From the NCBI GenBank assembly GCA_937988715.1, contig CALKIF010000007.1, positions 2,042 to 66,041 on the forward strand: DNA of 64,000 nt, given 5' to 3'. Of this stretch, positions 51,554 through 60,860 are shown one piece after another. Origin of the DNA: an uncultured Alphaproteobacteria bacterium. GTDB taxonomy: Bacteria > Pseudomonadota > Alphaproteobacteria > Puniceispirillales > Puniceispirillaceae. The notes under the pieces were generated by a model. The model did not search any database. It had not been told where the DNA came from and saw nothing but the letters and a program-made list of their open reading frames with translations. The translations under genes were made by a program, and so were the position numbers. How positions within the stretch are numbered: the first letter of the stretch is position 1; every line of letters begins with the position of its first letter.

Positions 51554-51640
51554 GTGCACTCCATTTGCCTATCTCTGGCTTAGGGGTTTGGCAGGTGAAC
51601 CCCTGCCATGTCTTGACCAGCCTACCATAACTCAGCACAG

Positions 51641-52156
51641 ATGGTGACGAATATGGATGAAAAACAGGTAAAAAATGTTTTGAAAAAGCGGGACCGGCTT
51701 CTCACTACCGCAAGAACACTCGGCATTTCTGTTCTGGTTGATGAAGACAGCAACCTGTTTGCTGATGTTGGTCATGCCCCGTTCATTCGCAGAAACGGGT
51801 ATTTTTACATTTATTCAAGCCATTTATCTGCTCATGTTCGCGCCCTGGTCAACGGGGCACAAGCGCAGTTCTTTCTGATAGAAGATGAAGCCCTCTCGCA
51901 GAATATCTGGGCGCGTGTCAGGGTGAAGTTTTCAGCTGAGGTATCAGAATTGTCACGTGAAGATCCCCGCTTTGCCAGACTTTGTGATGAAATCGGAGAG
52001 ATACATGGCCCGGTGATGGAAATGATCCGGAATTTCACAGATTTTCATTTGTTTGAAGTTCAGCCAGAAGAAGGCGTTCTGGTCACCGGCTTTGCCCAGG
52101 CATTCAGTGTGAGCGGCCCGGCATTTGAGCTGACTGAACATCTGTCGAAAAGTTGA
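51641..52156 (+). CDS. Putative PNPOx-like / HugZ-like split-barrel protein
   Basis: Weak family resemblance only (FYIYSSHLSAHVRAL...RVRVKF). No catalytic motif verified. Confidence 0.45.
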   Translation: MVTNMDEKQVKNVLKKRDRLLTTARTLGISVLVDEDSNLFADVGHAPFIRRNGYFYIYSSHLSAHVRALVNGAQAQFFLIEDEALSQNIWARVRVKFSAEVSELSREDPRFARLCDEIGEIHGPVMEMIRNFTDFHLFEVQPEEGVLVTGFAQAFSVSGPAFELTEHLSKS

Positions 52157-52163
52157 GTACAGA

Positions 52164-52829
52164 ATGAAACGCTTGCCCATTTTCTGGAGCTTCCGGCGGT
52201 GTCCCTATGCGATGCGGGCCCGCCTGGCGGTGAAGTCAGCCGGTTTACAGGTTGAATTGCGCGAAATCCTGTTGCGGGATAAGCCAGATGCCTTTTTGGC
52301 TGTATCTGAAACCGCAACAGTTCCTGTGCTTGAACACAACGACGGGCAGGTTATCGAAGAAAGCCGGGATATCATGTTCTGGGCGTTACAGCAGAGCGGC
52401 GATCCTGAACAATGGCTGACAGGATGGAAACAGGACCAGGCAGGCCTGCAGGCGTTTTTGGACCAGCTGGACGGCCCGTTCAAGACCCATCTGGACAGAT
52501 ATAAATATTCTGCCCGCTTTGCTGAAGACAAAGCTGATGCTGCTGAACTGGCCAGTTATCACCGTGCTGAAGGGGCCGCGTTTCTGAAGCAGATTGACAC
52601 GCGTCTGGACAGGAATCCTTTTTTGAACGGCAGCGAGGCAGGATTGGCTGATTACGCCGCCCTGCCATTTGTGCGGCAGTTCAGAATTGCTGATATCACC
52701 TGGTTTGATGATCAGGACTGGCCAGCTGTGCATCTCTGGCTGCAGGCTTTTTTGGCCAGCCAGCGATTTGCGGCCATCATGCATAAATATACCCCCTGGA
52801 AACCAGGAGATGCGCCAGTGGTCTTTTAG
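52164..52829 (+). CDS. Glutathione S-transferase-family protein (Cys-type, CPY motif)
   Basis: N-terminal thioredoxin-like fold with RRCPYAMRARL and TVPVLE, plus a helical C-terminal domain. Confidence 0.7.
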   Translation: MKRLPIFWSFRRCPYAMRARLAVKSAGLQVELREILLRDKPDAFLAVSETATVPVLEHNDGQVIEESRDIMFWALQQSGDPEQWLTGWKQDQAGLQAFLDQLDGPFKTHLDRYKYSARFAEDKADAAELASYHRAEGAAFLKQIDTRLDRNPFLNGSEAGLADYAALPFVRQFRIADITWFDDQDWPAVHLWLQAFLASQRFAAIMHKYTPWKPGDAPVVF

Positions 52830-53752
52830 CTGTTGTCTGTTTTCAGCAGTAAGCGGATATAGGCTGTCAGGCTCAGCACAACGATAACCCCGCCACATAT
52901 GGTCAACAGCCCCGGCCGTTCACCGGTACCCAGCCATACCCATACCGGACCCAACACGGTTTCCAGCAGCATAAATAAGCTGACATTTGCTGCGCGTGTA
53001 AAGCGGGTGGCTGCGGTGAGGGCCATGAAAGAAACCGGCAATATAAACAGGCCTGAAACAGATATAGCCAAAAGATTGCCAGTGAAAACAACTGACAGAC
53101 CAGTAGCAGATGCGCCCAGAACAAACAGGCCGATAAGACCGGTAATAAACGCGCCCAAACCGTTTGCCAGCAATAAAGGAATATCTGAGCGAGACCGGAA
53201 CATCACAAAATTCAGGCCCAACGCGGCGGCTGTGCTTAATCCGCATAATGCGCCGATAAGAACAGATCCCTTTGGGGCAGCCACTGCCTCATCCCCGCCC
53301 CAGACGGTCAGGGCAATGCCGACAAGGCTGACAACCATTGTTATCCAGGTTGCGGCATGCGTCTTTTCCTTTAACAGAATGGCCGAAAACAGAGCCGCGA
53401 ACAGAGGTGAGCAGGCCAACGAAAACAGCACAATAGACACAGATGTCTCAGCGATACCATAGACAAAAGTTACCCCGCCAAAGATAATCGCCCCGACCGC
53501 GGTGAGGCCTTGCCAACTGAACAGAGCCATCATATCGGCAGCGCGTTTATCTGCTGTATAACTGAACAGGGCATAGGCCAGCCAGACCAGCAGCAAAAAC
53601 CCGCCCATTTGCAGGCCGCGCCAGACCATCATCACCCAGACATCCATCTCTGATAGACGCATGAACAACGTGTCAGGTGTGATGATGAGGGCGCCGAACA
53701 GGCCAAGAAGGACCCCGAACGCCGGATATTTTGATAACGAGGTCAGGGGCAT
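52826..53752 (-). CDS. EamA/DMT-family transporter
   Basis: 308 aa, about 10 TM segments, duplicated EamA architecture. Confidence 0.8.
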   Translation of the reverse strand: MPLTSLSKYPAFGVLLGLFGALIITPDTLFMRLSEMDVWVMMVWRGLQMGGFLLLVWLAYALFSYTADKRAADMMALFSWQGLTAVGAIIFGGVTFVYGIAETSVSIVLFSLACSPLFAALFSAILLKEKTHAATWITMVVSLVGIALTVWGGDEAVAAPKGSVLIGALCGLSTAAALGLNFVMFRSRSDIPLLLANGLGAFITGLIGLFVLGASATGLSVVFTGNLLAISVSGLFILPVSFMALTAATRFTRAANVSLFMLLETVLGPVWVWLGTGERPGLLTICGGVIVVLSLTAYIRLLLKTDNS

Positions 53753-53842
53753 ATCATAAACACCAAAAACGAAAACCTAAATAAAGCACATCCGCTTGTA
53801 GCTGAGGCTGATAAGAAAAGCCAGAACAGCTGGCAACAGATA

Positions 53843-55366
53843 TCAGCTCAGCTTATCCAGGAACAGAGCGGCATCATGCCGGATGGTGTTTTGTTTGTCC
53901 TCACCCATTTTATCAAGGGTGCGGTAAATCATGCCCAGGCGTGGATTTTTGTTCAGTTTTTCGCGGTGCCGGATCAGAAAGTCCCAATACAGATAATTAA
54001 ACGGACAGGCATCTGGCCCGTTTTTTTGCTTCACCTTATAGCGGCAGGAAGAACAATAATCAGACATACGGTCAATATAAGCGCCGCCTGCAGCATAAGG
54101 TTTGCTGGCCAGCAACCCGCCGTCAGCATATAAAACCATGCCTGATACATTCGGCAGTTCAACCCATTCATACGCATCAGCATACACAATCAGATACCAT
54201 TCATTCACCTCATCAGGATGAAGACCGGCCAGAAGGGCAAAATTGCCAAGCACCATCAAGCGCTGAATATGATGAGCATAAGCAAATTTGCGGGTGTCCT
54301 GCACACAGGTTTTCAGACACCGCATATCTGTATCTGCGGTCCAGAAGAAAGACGGCAGGGGACGGGTTGCGTTCAGATGGTTCAGGGTTTTGTATTCAGG
54401 CATTTTCAGCCAGTACAGCCCGCGGACATATTCCCGCCAGCCCAAGATCTGCCGGATAAACCCTTCAACCGCGTTTAACGGGGCAGACCCGCTGAAATAG
54501 GCGTGTTCAGCAGCGGTAACCGCCTCCAGAGGGGACAGCAACCCGCAATTCAGATAAAACCCGATATGGGCGTGAAACATAAAGGGTTCATCTGCCAGCA
54601 TCGCGTCCTGATAGCTGCCGAACTGGGGCAGCCGCTGGGCGATAAACTCATCAAGGACCTGTCGGGCCTGATCAGCCGTCACAGCAAAATCAAAGGGCTG
54701 AAGATCGCCGAAATGATCGGAAAATTCAGCCTCAACCAAAGCCAGCACATCTTTGGTGATATCGTCCGGGGTGAACCGGGTTGGTGACGGGATGACCAGC
54801 CCGTCTTTGGGGGGCTGGCGGTTATCCGCATCATAATTCCACTGACCACCAACAGGCTCATCTCCTTGCATCAGCAGACCTGTCTTGCGCCGCATTTCAC
54901 GGTAGAAATATTCCATCCGCAACTGTTTGCGCCCCTCTGCCCAGGCTGCAAATTCGTCTGTTGTGGCAAAAAACCGGTCATCTTCACACAGGCTGACAGC
55001 GCAAGGCAGTACATCAGCCCACCCGCTCATCTCCTCAGCCAGGCGGTATTCACCTGGTTTTGTGACAATCACCTTGTCTGGGCTATGTCTGTTGACCGCT
55101 TGTTGAACCGCATCGGTAAAATTGGTACAGGCTAAGGCGGCATCAAAGCGGTGATAGTCAACCTGCCATCCAGCTGTTGTCAGCTCGTCAGCAAAATGCC
55201 GCATTGCCGAGAATAAAAGAGCGATTTTCTTTTTGTGATGTTTCACATAGCCGGTCTCAGATCGCAGCTCTGCCATCATCACGACATCTTCAGATTTACT
55301 GGCCGCTTTCAGGCTGCTGATCTGAGGGCTGAGCTGGTCGCCTAAAATGAGAATAAGATTGGCCAT
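53843..55366 (-). CDS. FeS-BCP cryptochrome/photolyase (bacterial (6-4) photolyase, PhrB/CryB type)
   Basis: Four Cys (MRC...DYCSSC...DAC) have spacing +88/+3/+13. By my count this equals C350/C438/C441/C454 of Agrobacterium PhrB. N-terminal LILILGDQL. Starts 3 nt after the phr stop. Confidence 0.85.
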   Translation of the reverse strand: MANLILILGDQLSPQISSLKAASKSEDVVMMAELRSETGYVKHHKKKIALLFSAMRHFADELTTAGWQVDYHRFDAALACTNFTDAVQQAVNRHSPDKVIVTKPGEYRLAEEMSGWADVLPCAVSLCEDDRFFATTDEFAAWAEGRKQLRMEYFYREMRRKTGLLMQGDEPVGGQWNYDADNRQPPKDGLVIPSPTRFTPDDITKDVLALVEAEFSDHFGDLQPFDFAVTADQARQVLDEFIAQRLPQFGSYQDAMLADEPFMFHAHIGFYLNCGLLSPLEAVTAAEHAYFSGSAPLNAVEGFIRQILGWREYVRGLYWLKMPEYKTLNHLNATRPLPSFFWTADTDMRCLKTCVQDTRKFAYAHHIQRLMVLGNFALLAGLHPDEVNEWYLIVYADAYEWVELPNVSGMVLYADGGLLASKPYAAGGAYIDRMSDYCSSCRYKVKQKNGPDACPFNYLYWDFLIRHREKLNKNPRLGMIYRTLDKMGEDKQNTIRHDAALFLDKLS

Positions 55367-55369
55367 GGG

Positions 55370-56839
55370 TCAGGCCTTGGGCAGGGCGGCAAAATGATCA
55401 AGCGCGCGCAGACGTGATGATTTTACATCCACCAATGGCCGGGGGTAGGTATCACCCAGGCGCACCCCCGCCCGCATCAGAACTTCTCTTGGTGCTTCAA
55501 ACGGGTTAAACAGATATTTTGACGGCATTTCCGCCAGTTCAGGAACAAACCTGCGGGTATAACGGCCTTCAGGGTCAAATTTCTGGCCTTGTGTTATCGG
55601 GTTAAACACGCGGAAATAGGGTGCTGCATCTGCCCCGCAGCCCGCTATCCATTGCCAGCTGGCCGTGTTTGAGGCTGCATCAGCATCAAATAAACACTCC
55701 CAGAACCAGGCTTCACCATGATGCCAGTCAAGAAGCAGGTTTTTAACCAGGAATGAGCCGACGATCATCCGCACCCGGTTATGCATATAGCCTGTCTGAT
55801 ACAGCTCTCTCATGCCAGCATCGACGATAGGATAGCCTGTCTGGCCGGTTTGCCAGGCGCGCAGGTGGTCGGCGTTATCCAGCCAGTTAAACTGAGCAAA
55901 CTTAGCCTGAAGCGGTGTGGTTTTTAGATCAGGGTTACTGTGCAGAAGATGATAGGAAAATTCACGCCAGCCCAGTTCTGATCTGAACATATCCAAATTC
56001 ACATCACTGTCATGAAAAAGCCCTTCAGCCGCATACCAGGCCTGATGTGGAGAGACTTGTCCGCATTTCAGATAGGGCGACAGCCGGGATGTGGCCCGCT
56101 TTGCCGGAAAATTGCGGCCATCAGCATAATTGCTTAGCCCGGCCTGCGGGTCAGGGTTTACAAATGCGGCCAGGGCGTCTTGTGCCCCAGCTTCTGATAT
56201 AGTCCAGCCTGAGGTGACTTGTTCTGCCCAGGGCAGGGGCGGCATCAGTGCTAAATCTTCAAGGGTCTGGCTGTTCTCTGGCAGGGGGGCGAATGTCATC
56301 TCTGGTCGGGGCAGAGGGCGGCGCGGTGCTTCAGCAGCCAGACAGCCGCGGCGATAAAACGGTGTAAATACTTTGTATGGTGTGCCGTCCTGTTTGGTTA
56401 TTTGTTCCGGCTCCCACAACAGATTGCCGCTTATAATATTGACCGACACACCGTCTTCGCCAAGAGCTTGTCGGATTTGCTGATCAATCGCGGCGTGATG
56501 AGGGGCGTATCGCCGCGTCATGGTCAGCTTGTCAGCCCCGGTTTGTTTGATCAGCTGGCGCAATATCGTCAAAGCCGGACCACGCTTCAGAACCAAGTGA
56601 CCATCAAGATCCGCCCTCAGCGATTCCAGGGCTTCATGTAACCAGACCCGTGTTGCCCCGCCTGCTGCATCGTTCTGCTGAACAGGCGCGTCCATCTTTA
56701 CAGAAGGCGGTCTGTCATCTGCCTCGTCAAGAATATACAGGCAAATAACCGGTCCGGATTTTGCTGCTGCTGTCAGGGCGGGGTTGTCAGACAGGCGTAA
56801 ATCAGACCGAAACCAATGTAACGTGACAGACATGAACAA
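55370..56839 (-). CDS. phrB: Deoxyribodipyrimidine (CPD) photolyase, class I type
   Basis: LHWFRSDLRLSDNPAL, TGYPIVDAGMREL..TGYMHNRVRM and DADAASNTASWQWIAGCGADAAPYFRVFNP. Confidence 0.9.
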   Translation of the reverse strand: MFMSVTLHWFRSDLRLSDNPALTAAAKSGPVICLYILDEADDRPPSVKMDAPVQQNDAAGGATRVWLHEALESLRADLDGHLVLKRGPALTILRQLIKQTGADKLTMTRRYAPHHAAIDQQIRQALGEDGVSVNIISGNLLWEPEQITKQDGTPYKVFTPFYRRGCLAAEAPRRPLPRPEMTFAPLPENSQTLEDLALMPPLPWAEQVTSGWTISEAGAQDALAAFVNPDPQAGLSNYADGRNFPAKRATSRLSPYLKCGQVSPHQAWYAAEGLFHDSDVNLDMFRSELGWREFSYHLLHSNPDLKTTPLQAKFAQFNWLDNADHLRAWQTGQTGYPIVDAGMRELYQTGYMHNRVRMIVGSFLVKNLLLDWHHGEAWFWECLFDADAASNTASWQWIAGCGADAAPYFRVFNPITQGQKFDPEGRYTRRFVPELAEMPSKYLFNPFEAPREVLMRAGVRLGDTYPRPLVDVKSSRLRALDHFAALPKA

Positions 56840-56919
56840 GATGCTCCGCGGGGAAAAAATAGGGCCGGGCGGCTGAAGAGATAAATCTGTTATTTATTCG
56901 TGCTGAACCGGGCAGCGGA

Positions 56920-57339
56920 TTACGGCGATGTGCGAAAATCCGCCAGCAAATCAAGAACGATCTGCCGCCGCGCCTTTTGTTTGGCCGGTGCAGGCGGCAC
57001 AGCCGTTCCTGCGCCCCAGACAGGCCCCGGCCAGGCCGCATCCCCGTGATGTCTGGCGATCAGGTGAAGATGAAACTGGCTGACCATATTCCCCAAAGCG
57101 CCAACATTTATTTTATCAGCTTTTTCAATCTGTTTAATATGATAGCTGAGATAGGATATCAGCTTATTCAGTTCAGCCAGATCAGCCGCAGACAGGTCAT
57201 GCCATTCACTGATAGCGGGCAGGCGGGGGATAATCAGCAGCCAGAAAAACCGCTCATCCTTCATCTGCCGCAGGGAAAACACTCCCCAATCAGCGATAAA
57301 TTCGCTATCGTTTTCCAGTCTGTGGTCAAGTGTGAACAT
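56920..57339 (-). CDS. HIT-family nucleotide hydrolase/transferase
   Basis: Histidine triad QFHLHLIARH. Confidence 0.8.
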   Translation of the reverse strand: MFTLDHRLENDSEFIADWGVFSLRQMKDERFFWLLIIPRLPAISEWHDLSAADLAELNKLISYLSYHIKQIEKADKINVGALGNMVSQFHLHLIARHHGDAAWPGPVWGAGTAVPPAPAKQKARRQIVLDLLADFRTSP

Positions 57340-57409
57340 GTCTTTGTTATGCGCGATATTTACAGGCCCGGCAACAGCACAAACCGGAAAACAACAAAGA
57401 GGGGGCTTT

Positions 57410-57862
57410 GTGATTTATATTGATGCAGATGCTTGTCCTGTACGCCAGGAAGCGATTGATATTGCGCTTCGCCATCAGGTCAGGCTGATCATGGTCACAA
57501 ATGGCGGTGTGCGGCCCTATCCTCATGAATTGATTGAGATGAAATATGTCTCTCAGGGGCCGGATGAGGCTGATAAATGGATTGTCAGCGCGGCTGGGCA
57601 GGGGGATATCATCATCACAAATGATATTCTTCTGGCCGCAGAAGCTCTGAAAGAAGGGGCGGCTGTCTTGCGTCCGGACGGCTCAGAACTGACAACAGAA
57701 AATATCGGCAACCAACTGGCCAGCCGCGATTTGATGGCCGATTTACGGGCAGCCCAGCCTCTGGATATGGCCAAGGCAGGTGGCGGCCGGGCCTTTTCTG
57801 CGTCTGATCGTGGCCGCTTCAAACAGGTCCTTGACCAAAAGGTCAGGCAACTCACCGCGTAA
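57410..57862 (+). CDS. YaiI/YqxD-family protein (DUF188)
   Basis: IYIDADACPV at the N-terminus and ITNDILLA. GTG 57410 sits behind AAGAGGGGG. The ORF-track start at 57332 would overlap the HIT gene. Confidence 0.75.
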   Translation: MIYIDADACPVRQEAIDIALRHQVRLIMVTNGGVRPYPHELIEMKYVSQGPDEADKWIVSAAGQGDIIITNDILLAAEALKEGAAVLRPDGSELTTENIGNQLASRDLMADLRAAQPLDMAKAGGGRAFSASDRGRFKQVLDQKVRQLTA

Positions 57863-57930
57863 AAGACACTGCTGATAGGATAACAAGGCCAGGTGGACAG
57901 CTCTGTTCTTATGGCGCGATCTATCGAAAA

Positions 57931-59106
57931 TCAGCTATAGCTGAATTCAGCTGTTTTATGAGCCTTGATATACGCCCAGTCATACACAACGCCCAGGCCA
58001 GGGCCGGTGGGCACATCAACACAGCCCTGCTGGTCAATAGCGCTGAGCTGGTCTTCATAGCCGCATTGATAAACCGGGGCGACCGCATTCGGGCAGTCTG
58101 GCCCGACCAGTGCCATTTCATAGAAATTTGAATTCCGGGACGCGGCCATCAAATGACGATGTGCCGGACCGCAGGCATGAATTTCACAATCCACCCCGTG
58201 CGCTTCTGCCAATGCGTGAATTTTCAGCGCACCGGTCAGGCCCAGATCATATTCCGGGTCTGAACGCAGCATATCGGTACCCCCGGCCAGCAGGAAATCA
58301 GCCTTGGGCTCTACGCCGCGGATATGTTCTGTCTGCAATAAAGGGGTTTTCAGCTTTTCGCGCAGCCGTTTATGGGCAAAAGCAGACACACCTGAATCTC
58401 TGAACGGGTCTTCATACCATAGATACCCCGCTTCATCACAGGCCCGGCCAACATACAACGCATCAGCAAATGTGCGCAGCTCACAGGCCGGGTCCAGCAT
58501 CAGTGACATGTCCTCACCGACAATTTTGCGGACATGCAAGACCATTTCTGCTTCTTCTTTCGGGTTGCCGTCATGCCAGCCATGAATCTTGAACGCTGTA
58601 TAACCGAGATCACGGCAGGCCAACGCAAACTCAGCAAAAGCTTCTTTGCTGTCCAGCCCACCATTTCTGTCACCATGATAGGTGCTGGCATAAGCAGGCA
58701 GCTTATGTCGATAGCTGCCCAGCAAGGCGGCTATGGAACAGTTCAGCTGTTTGCCCTGCCAGTCCCACAGCGCAATATCCAGCGGGCCATGGCCCATATG
58801 GTCAAACTGGCGCAGCTCTCTTTTCAGATCATCAAAAATACCCTGGCGGTGTTCAGCGTGACGGCCGATCAGCATCGGGGCCAGCATCTGCATCTGGGCC
58901 AATACTGCCGGAGACGCGCCCCAGTTCAGCACATAGTCCCCGCAACACCCGTCTTCGGTCTCAATGCGGACAGCCTGCTTGGAAATATCGGTTTGCGCCC
59001 CGGGGGCATAGAACAAGCCGCCGATTGAACTGCCCGGCTCAGACGGGGCCAGATTATGTGCCGGAAAGGTAAATTGGGTGAGGGTGACAGACTTGATCTT
59101 CGTCAT
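57931..59106 (-). CDS. Enolase-superfamily (mandelate racemase/muconate lactonizing enzyme family) protein, probable acid-sugar dehydratase
   Basis: FKIHGW, the metal-ligand pattern MLDP / WYEDP / LQTEH, and a C-terminal barrel. Confidence 0.8.
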   Translation of the reverse strand: MTKIKSVTLTQFTFPAHNLAPSEPGSSIGGLFYAPGAQTDISKQAVRIETEDGCCGDYVLNWGASPAVLAQMQMLAPMLIGRHAEHRQGIFDDLKRELRQFDHMGHGPLDIALWDWQGKQLNCSIAALLGSYRHKLPAYASTYHGDRNGGLDSKEAFAEFALACRDLGYTAFKIHGWHDGNPKEEAEMVLHVRKIVGEDMSLMLDPACELRTFADALYVGRACDEAGYLWYEDPFRDSGVSAFAHKRLREKLKTPLLQTEHIRGVEPKADFLLAGGTDMLRSDPEYDLGLTGALKIHALAEAHGVDCEIHACGPAHRHLMAASRNSNFYEMALVGPDCPNAVAPVYQCGYEDQLSAIDQQGCVDVPTGPGLGVVYDWAYIKAHKTAEFSYS

Positions 59107-59204
59107 CGGCCTGAATAATCCTGATTGTGCGTGGGTGTGATGGTTTTATCCCACCAGCTTTACATATCCCCGTCAAACAGAATGTCCCCCTGCCTGTTTA
59201 AGGG

Positions 59205-59507
59205 CTAGAACGGGAACCGGGAGCCAGCTTGAGGCTGACGCATCACAACAAAAGGCTGGTCTTCTGCCAGAGGCACACAGAAAAACTGAGGCGGTTTCAG
59301 CCCGATTTCACGCATTTCCATGCCCTTGTTCTGTGCTTCAGCATAACAGCCGCCCGCGGCACTGAATCTCAGCCCGCTGTCGATATAATCACCTGAAAAC
59401 ACCCAGACCAGAAGAAACTCAGCCTTCTGTTGTGCATGAACCGTAACCGGCAGCGCAGTGATTAACGCGCTCAGCAGAACAAGAATTTTCAATTTCTTCA
59501 TCGGCAA
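59205..59507 (-). CDS. Hypothetical small exported protein
   Basis: Signal peptide MKKLKILVLLSALITALPVTVHA, with two Cys in the mature part. No family recognised. Confidence 0.4.
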   Translation of the reverse strand: MPMKKLKILVLLSALITALPVTVHAQQKAEFLLVWVFSGDYIDSGLRFSAAGGCYAEAQNKGMEMREIGLKPPQFFCVPLAEDQPFVVMRQPQAGSRFPF

Positions 59508-59556
59508 GCCTCCTCTTCATTATTGCTCACGATATAGCGCCGCCTTAGCACTGACC

Positions 59557-60645
59557 TTACAAATAAACGGTTTGCCCTGTTTCCGCACTTCTCTGGGCGG
59601 CTATCCCTATATCGACAGCCATCAGCCCGTCTTCAAGGCTGACCGCCGGTTTACCGCCATGCCTGATCAGCTCGGCAAATTGCTGATGCTGGTAAAATGT
59701 GGCCCCGTTATGATCTCCTGCCTTCAACAGAGCCTGGTCAACAGGCAAGGGGCGTATGGTTTGCTGGCGGGGGGAGCGCTTTGATATAACAAGTTCTGGA
59801 ACAGGTGGCGGCCCGGCTTCCTCTGGCCAGAACCGGGTCGGGCCGGGGACTTTGGCTTCAATTTTTCCTGCCGGACCCACCACGCTTATCTCTTCCTGAA
59901 ACTGGCTGGCCTCTGCGAACATGCATAATTCCAGCATCGCCCTGATACCGTTTTCAAAATTCACAATGACATAACCATGATCCCAGATATCCGGGGTCTG
60001 GCCATCATAGCGCTCATCCAGATGATTAACGGCCTGGCCTGCAGACGCCATGACAGAGACTGCCTCGCTGTTTGTCATCAACCTCATAAGATCAAAAAAA
60101 TGGCAGCATTTTTCAACAAATGTGCCACCTGAATTCCTATTAAACCTGTTCCAGTCACCAACTTTCTGAAGAAAGGGGAAGCGATGTTCACGTATCGTTA
60201 CCATCTTCAGCCCGCCTGTGACCTCTTCCATCTCGTCCAGCAGGCGTGCGACCGGCGGCATATAGCGATATTCCATGCCCACCCAAATCGGCGCAGCATA
60301 GCTGTTTTTCATCTCCAGCAGGTGCGGCCTGTCCGCCGGATTTGTGAATAACGGCTTTTCCATCAGCAAGGGCTTTGCGGCGATCTTCTGAATTTGGTCA
60401 AGCTGGGCTTTATGCAGATGATTGGGAGACGCCACAACCAGGCAATCCACATCTTCTGATCTGACAACCTCTTCCAAAGATGAGGCAAACACCGCATCAG
60501 GGGCCAATACCTTCGCCTCAGCCCGCATCTGCTCATCAGGCTCAAAAATGGCGGTTACCGCGGTCTGGTCAAGCAGCTGGATATTGCGGATATGTTCGCG
60601 GCCCATCATACCGCACCCGATTATGCCATAACCAAGCGACTGCAT
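59557..60645 (-). CDS. Gfo/Idh/MocA-family NAD(P)-dependent oxidoreductase
   Basis: YGIIGCGMMGREHIRN Rossmann motif and MEKPL. Start trimmed to ATG 60645 behind GGAGGA. Confidence 0.8.
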   Translation of the reverse strand: MQSLGYGIIGCGMMGREHIRNIQLLDQTAVTAIFEPDEQMRAEAKVLAPDAVFASSLEEVVRSEDVDCLVVASPNHLHKAQLDQIQKIAAKPLLMEKPLFTNPADRPHLLEMKNSYAAPIWVGMEYRYMPPVARLLDEMEEVTGGLKMVTIREHRFPFLQKVGDWNRFNRNSGGTFVEKCCHFFDLMRLMTNSEAVSVMASAGQAVNHLDERYDGQTPDIWDHGYVIVNFENGIRAMLELCMFAEASQFQEEISVVGPAGKIEAKVPGPTRFWPEEAGPPPVPELVISKRSPRQQTIRPLPVDQALLKAGDHNGATFYQHQQFAELIRHGGKPAVSLEDGLMAVDIGIAAQRSAETGQTVYL

Positions 60646-60800
60646 CACAAAAACATCCTCCGGCAAATCTATCAAACGGCGGTTGAGCCCGTGCAGGGCA
60701 TAGCAGACAATAACAGAGAAAACCAAGAAAAAAACAGGGCAAGTTACGCACAATCAAACGGTCAGTCAGGCATGAAAATGTTAAACCGCGCTGAGGCTTT

Positions 60801-60827
60801 GCTTTATGGTTTGGCAGGCTTTATGGT
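60801..60827. promoter_or_regulatory. 10-bp direct repeat GCTTTATGGT x2 (17-bp period) upstream of the plus-strand oxidoreductase operon
   Basis: Identical copies at 60801-60810 and 60818-60827, 34 nt upstream of ATG 60861. Confidence 0.35.
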
Positions 60828-60860
60828 CTGAAGTCAGGACAGGATGGTCGGAGACAGGTG

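Noticed and set aside
57931-57957. Palindromes CAGCTATAGCTG and AGCTGAATTCAGCT followed by GTTTT, which look like a bidirectional terminator between yaiI and the MR/MLE gene.
   Set aside because: They lie inside the last codons of the MR/MLE coding sequence. They form only an AT-poor 5-6 bp stem with a 4-nt loop, which is not convincing as a terminator.
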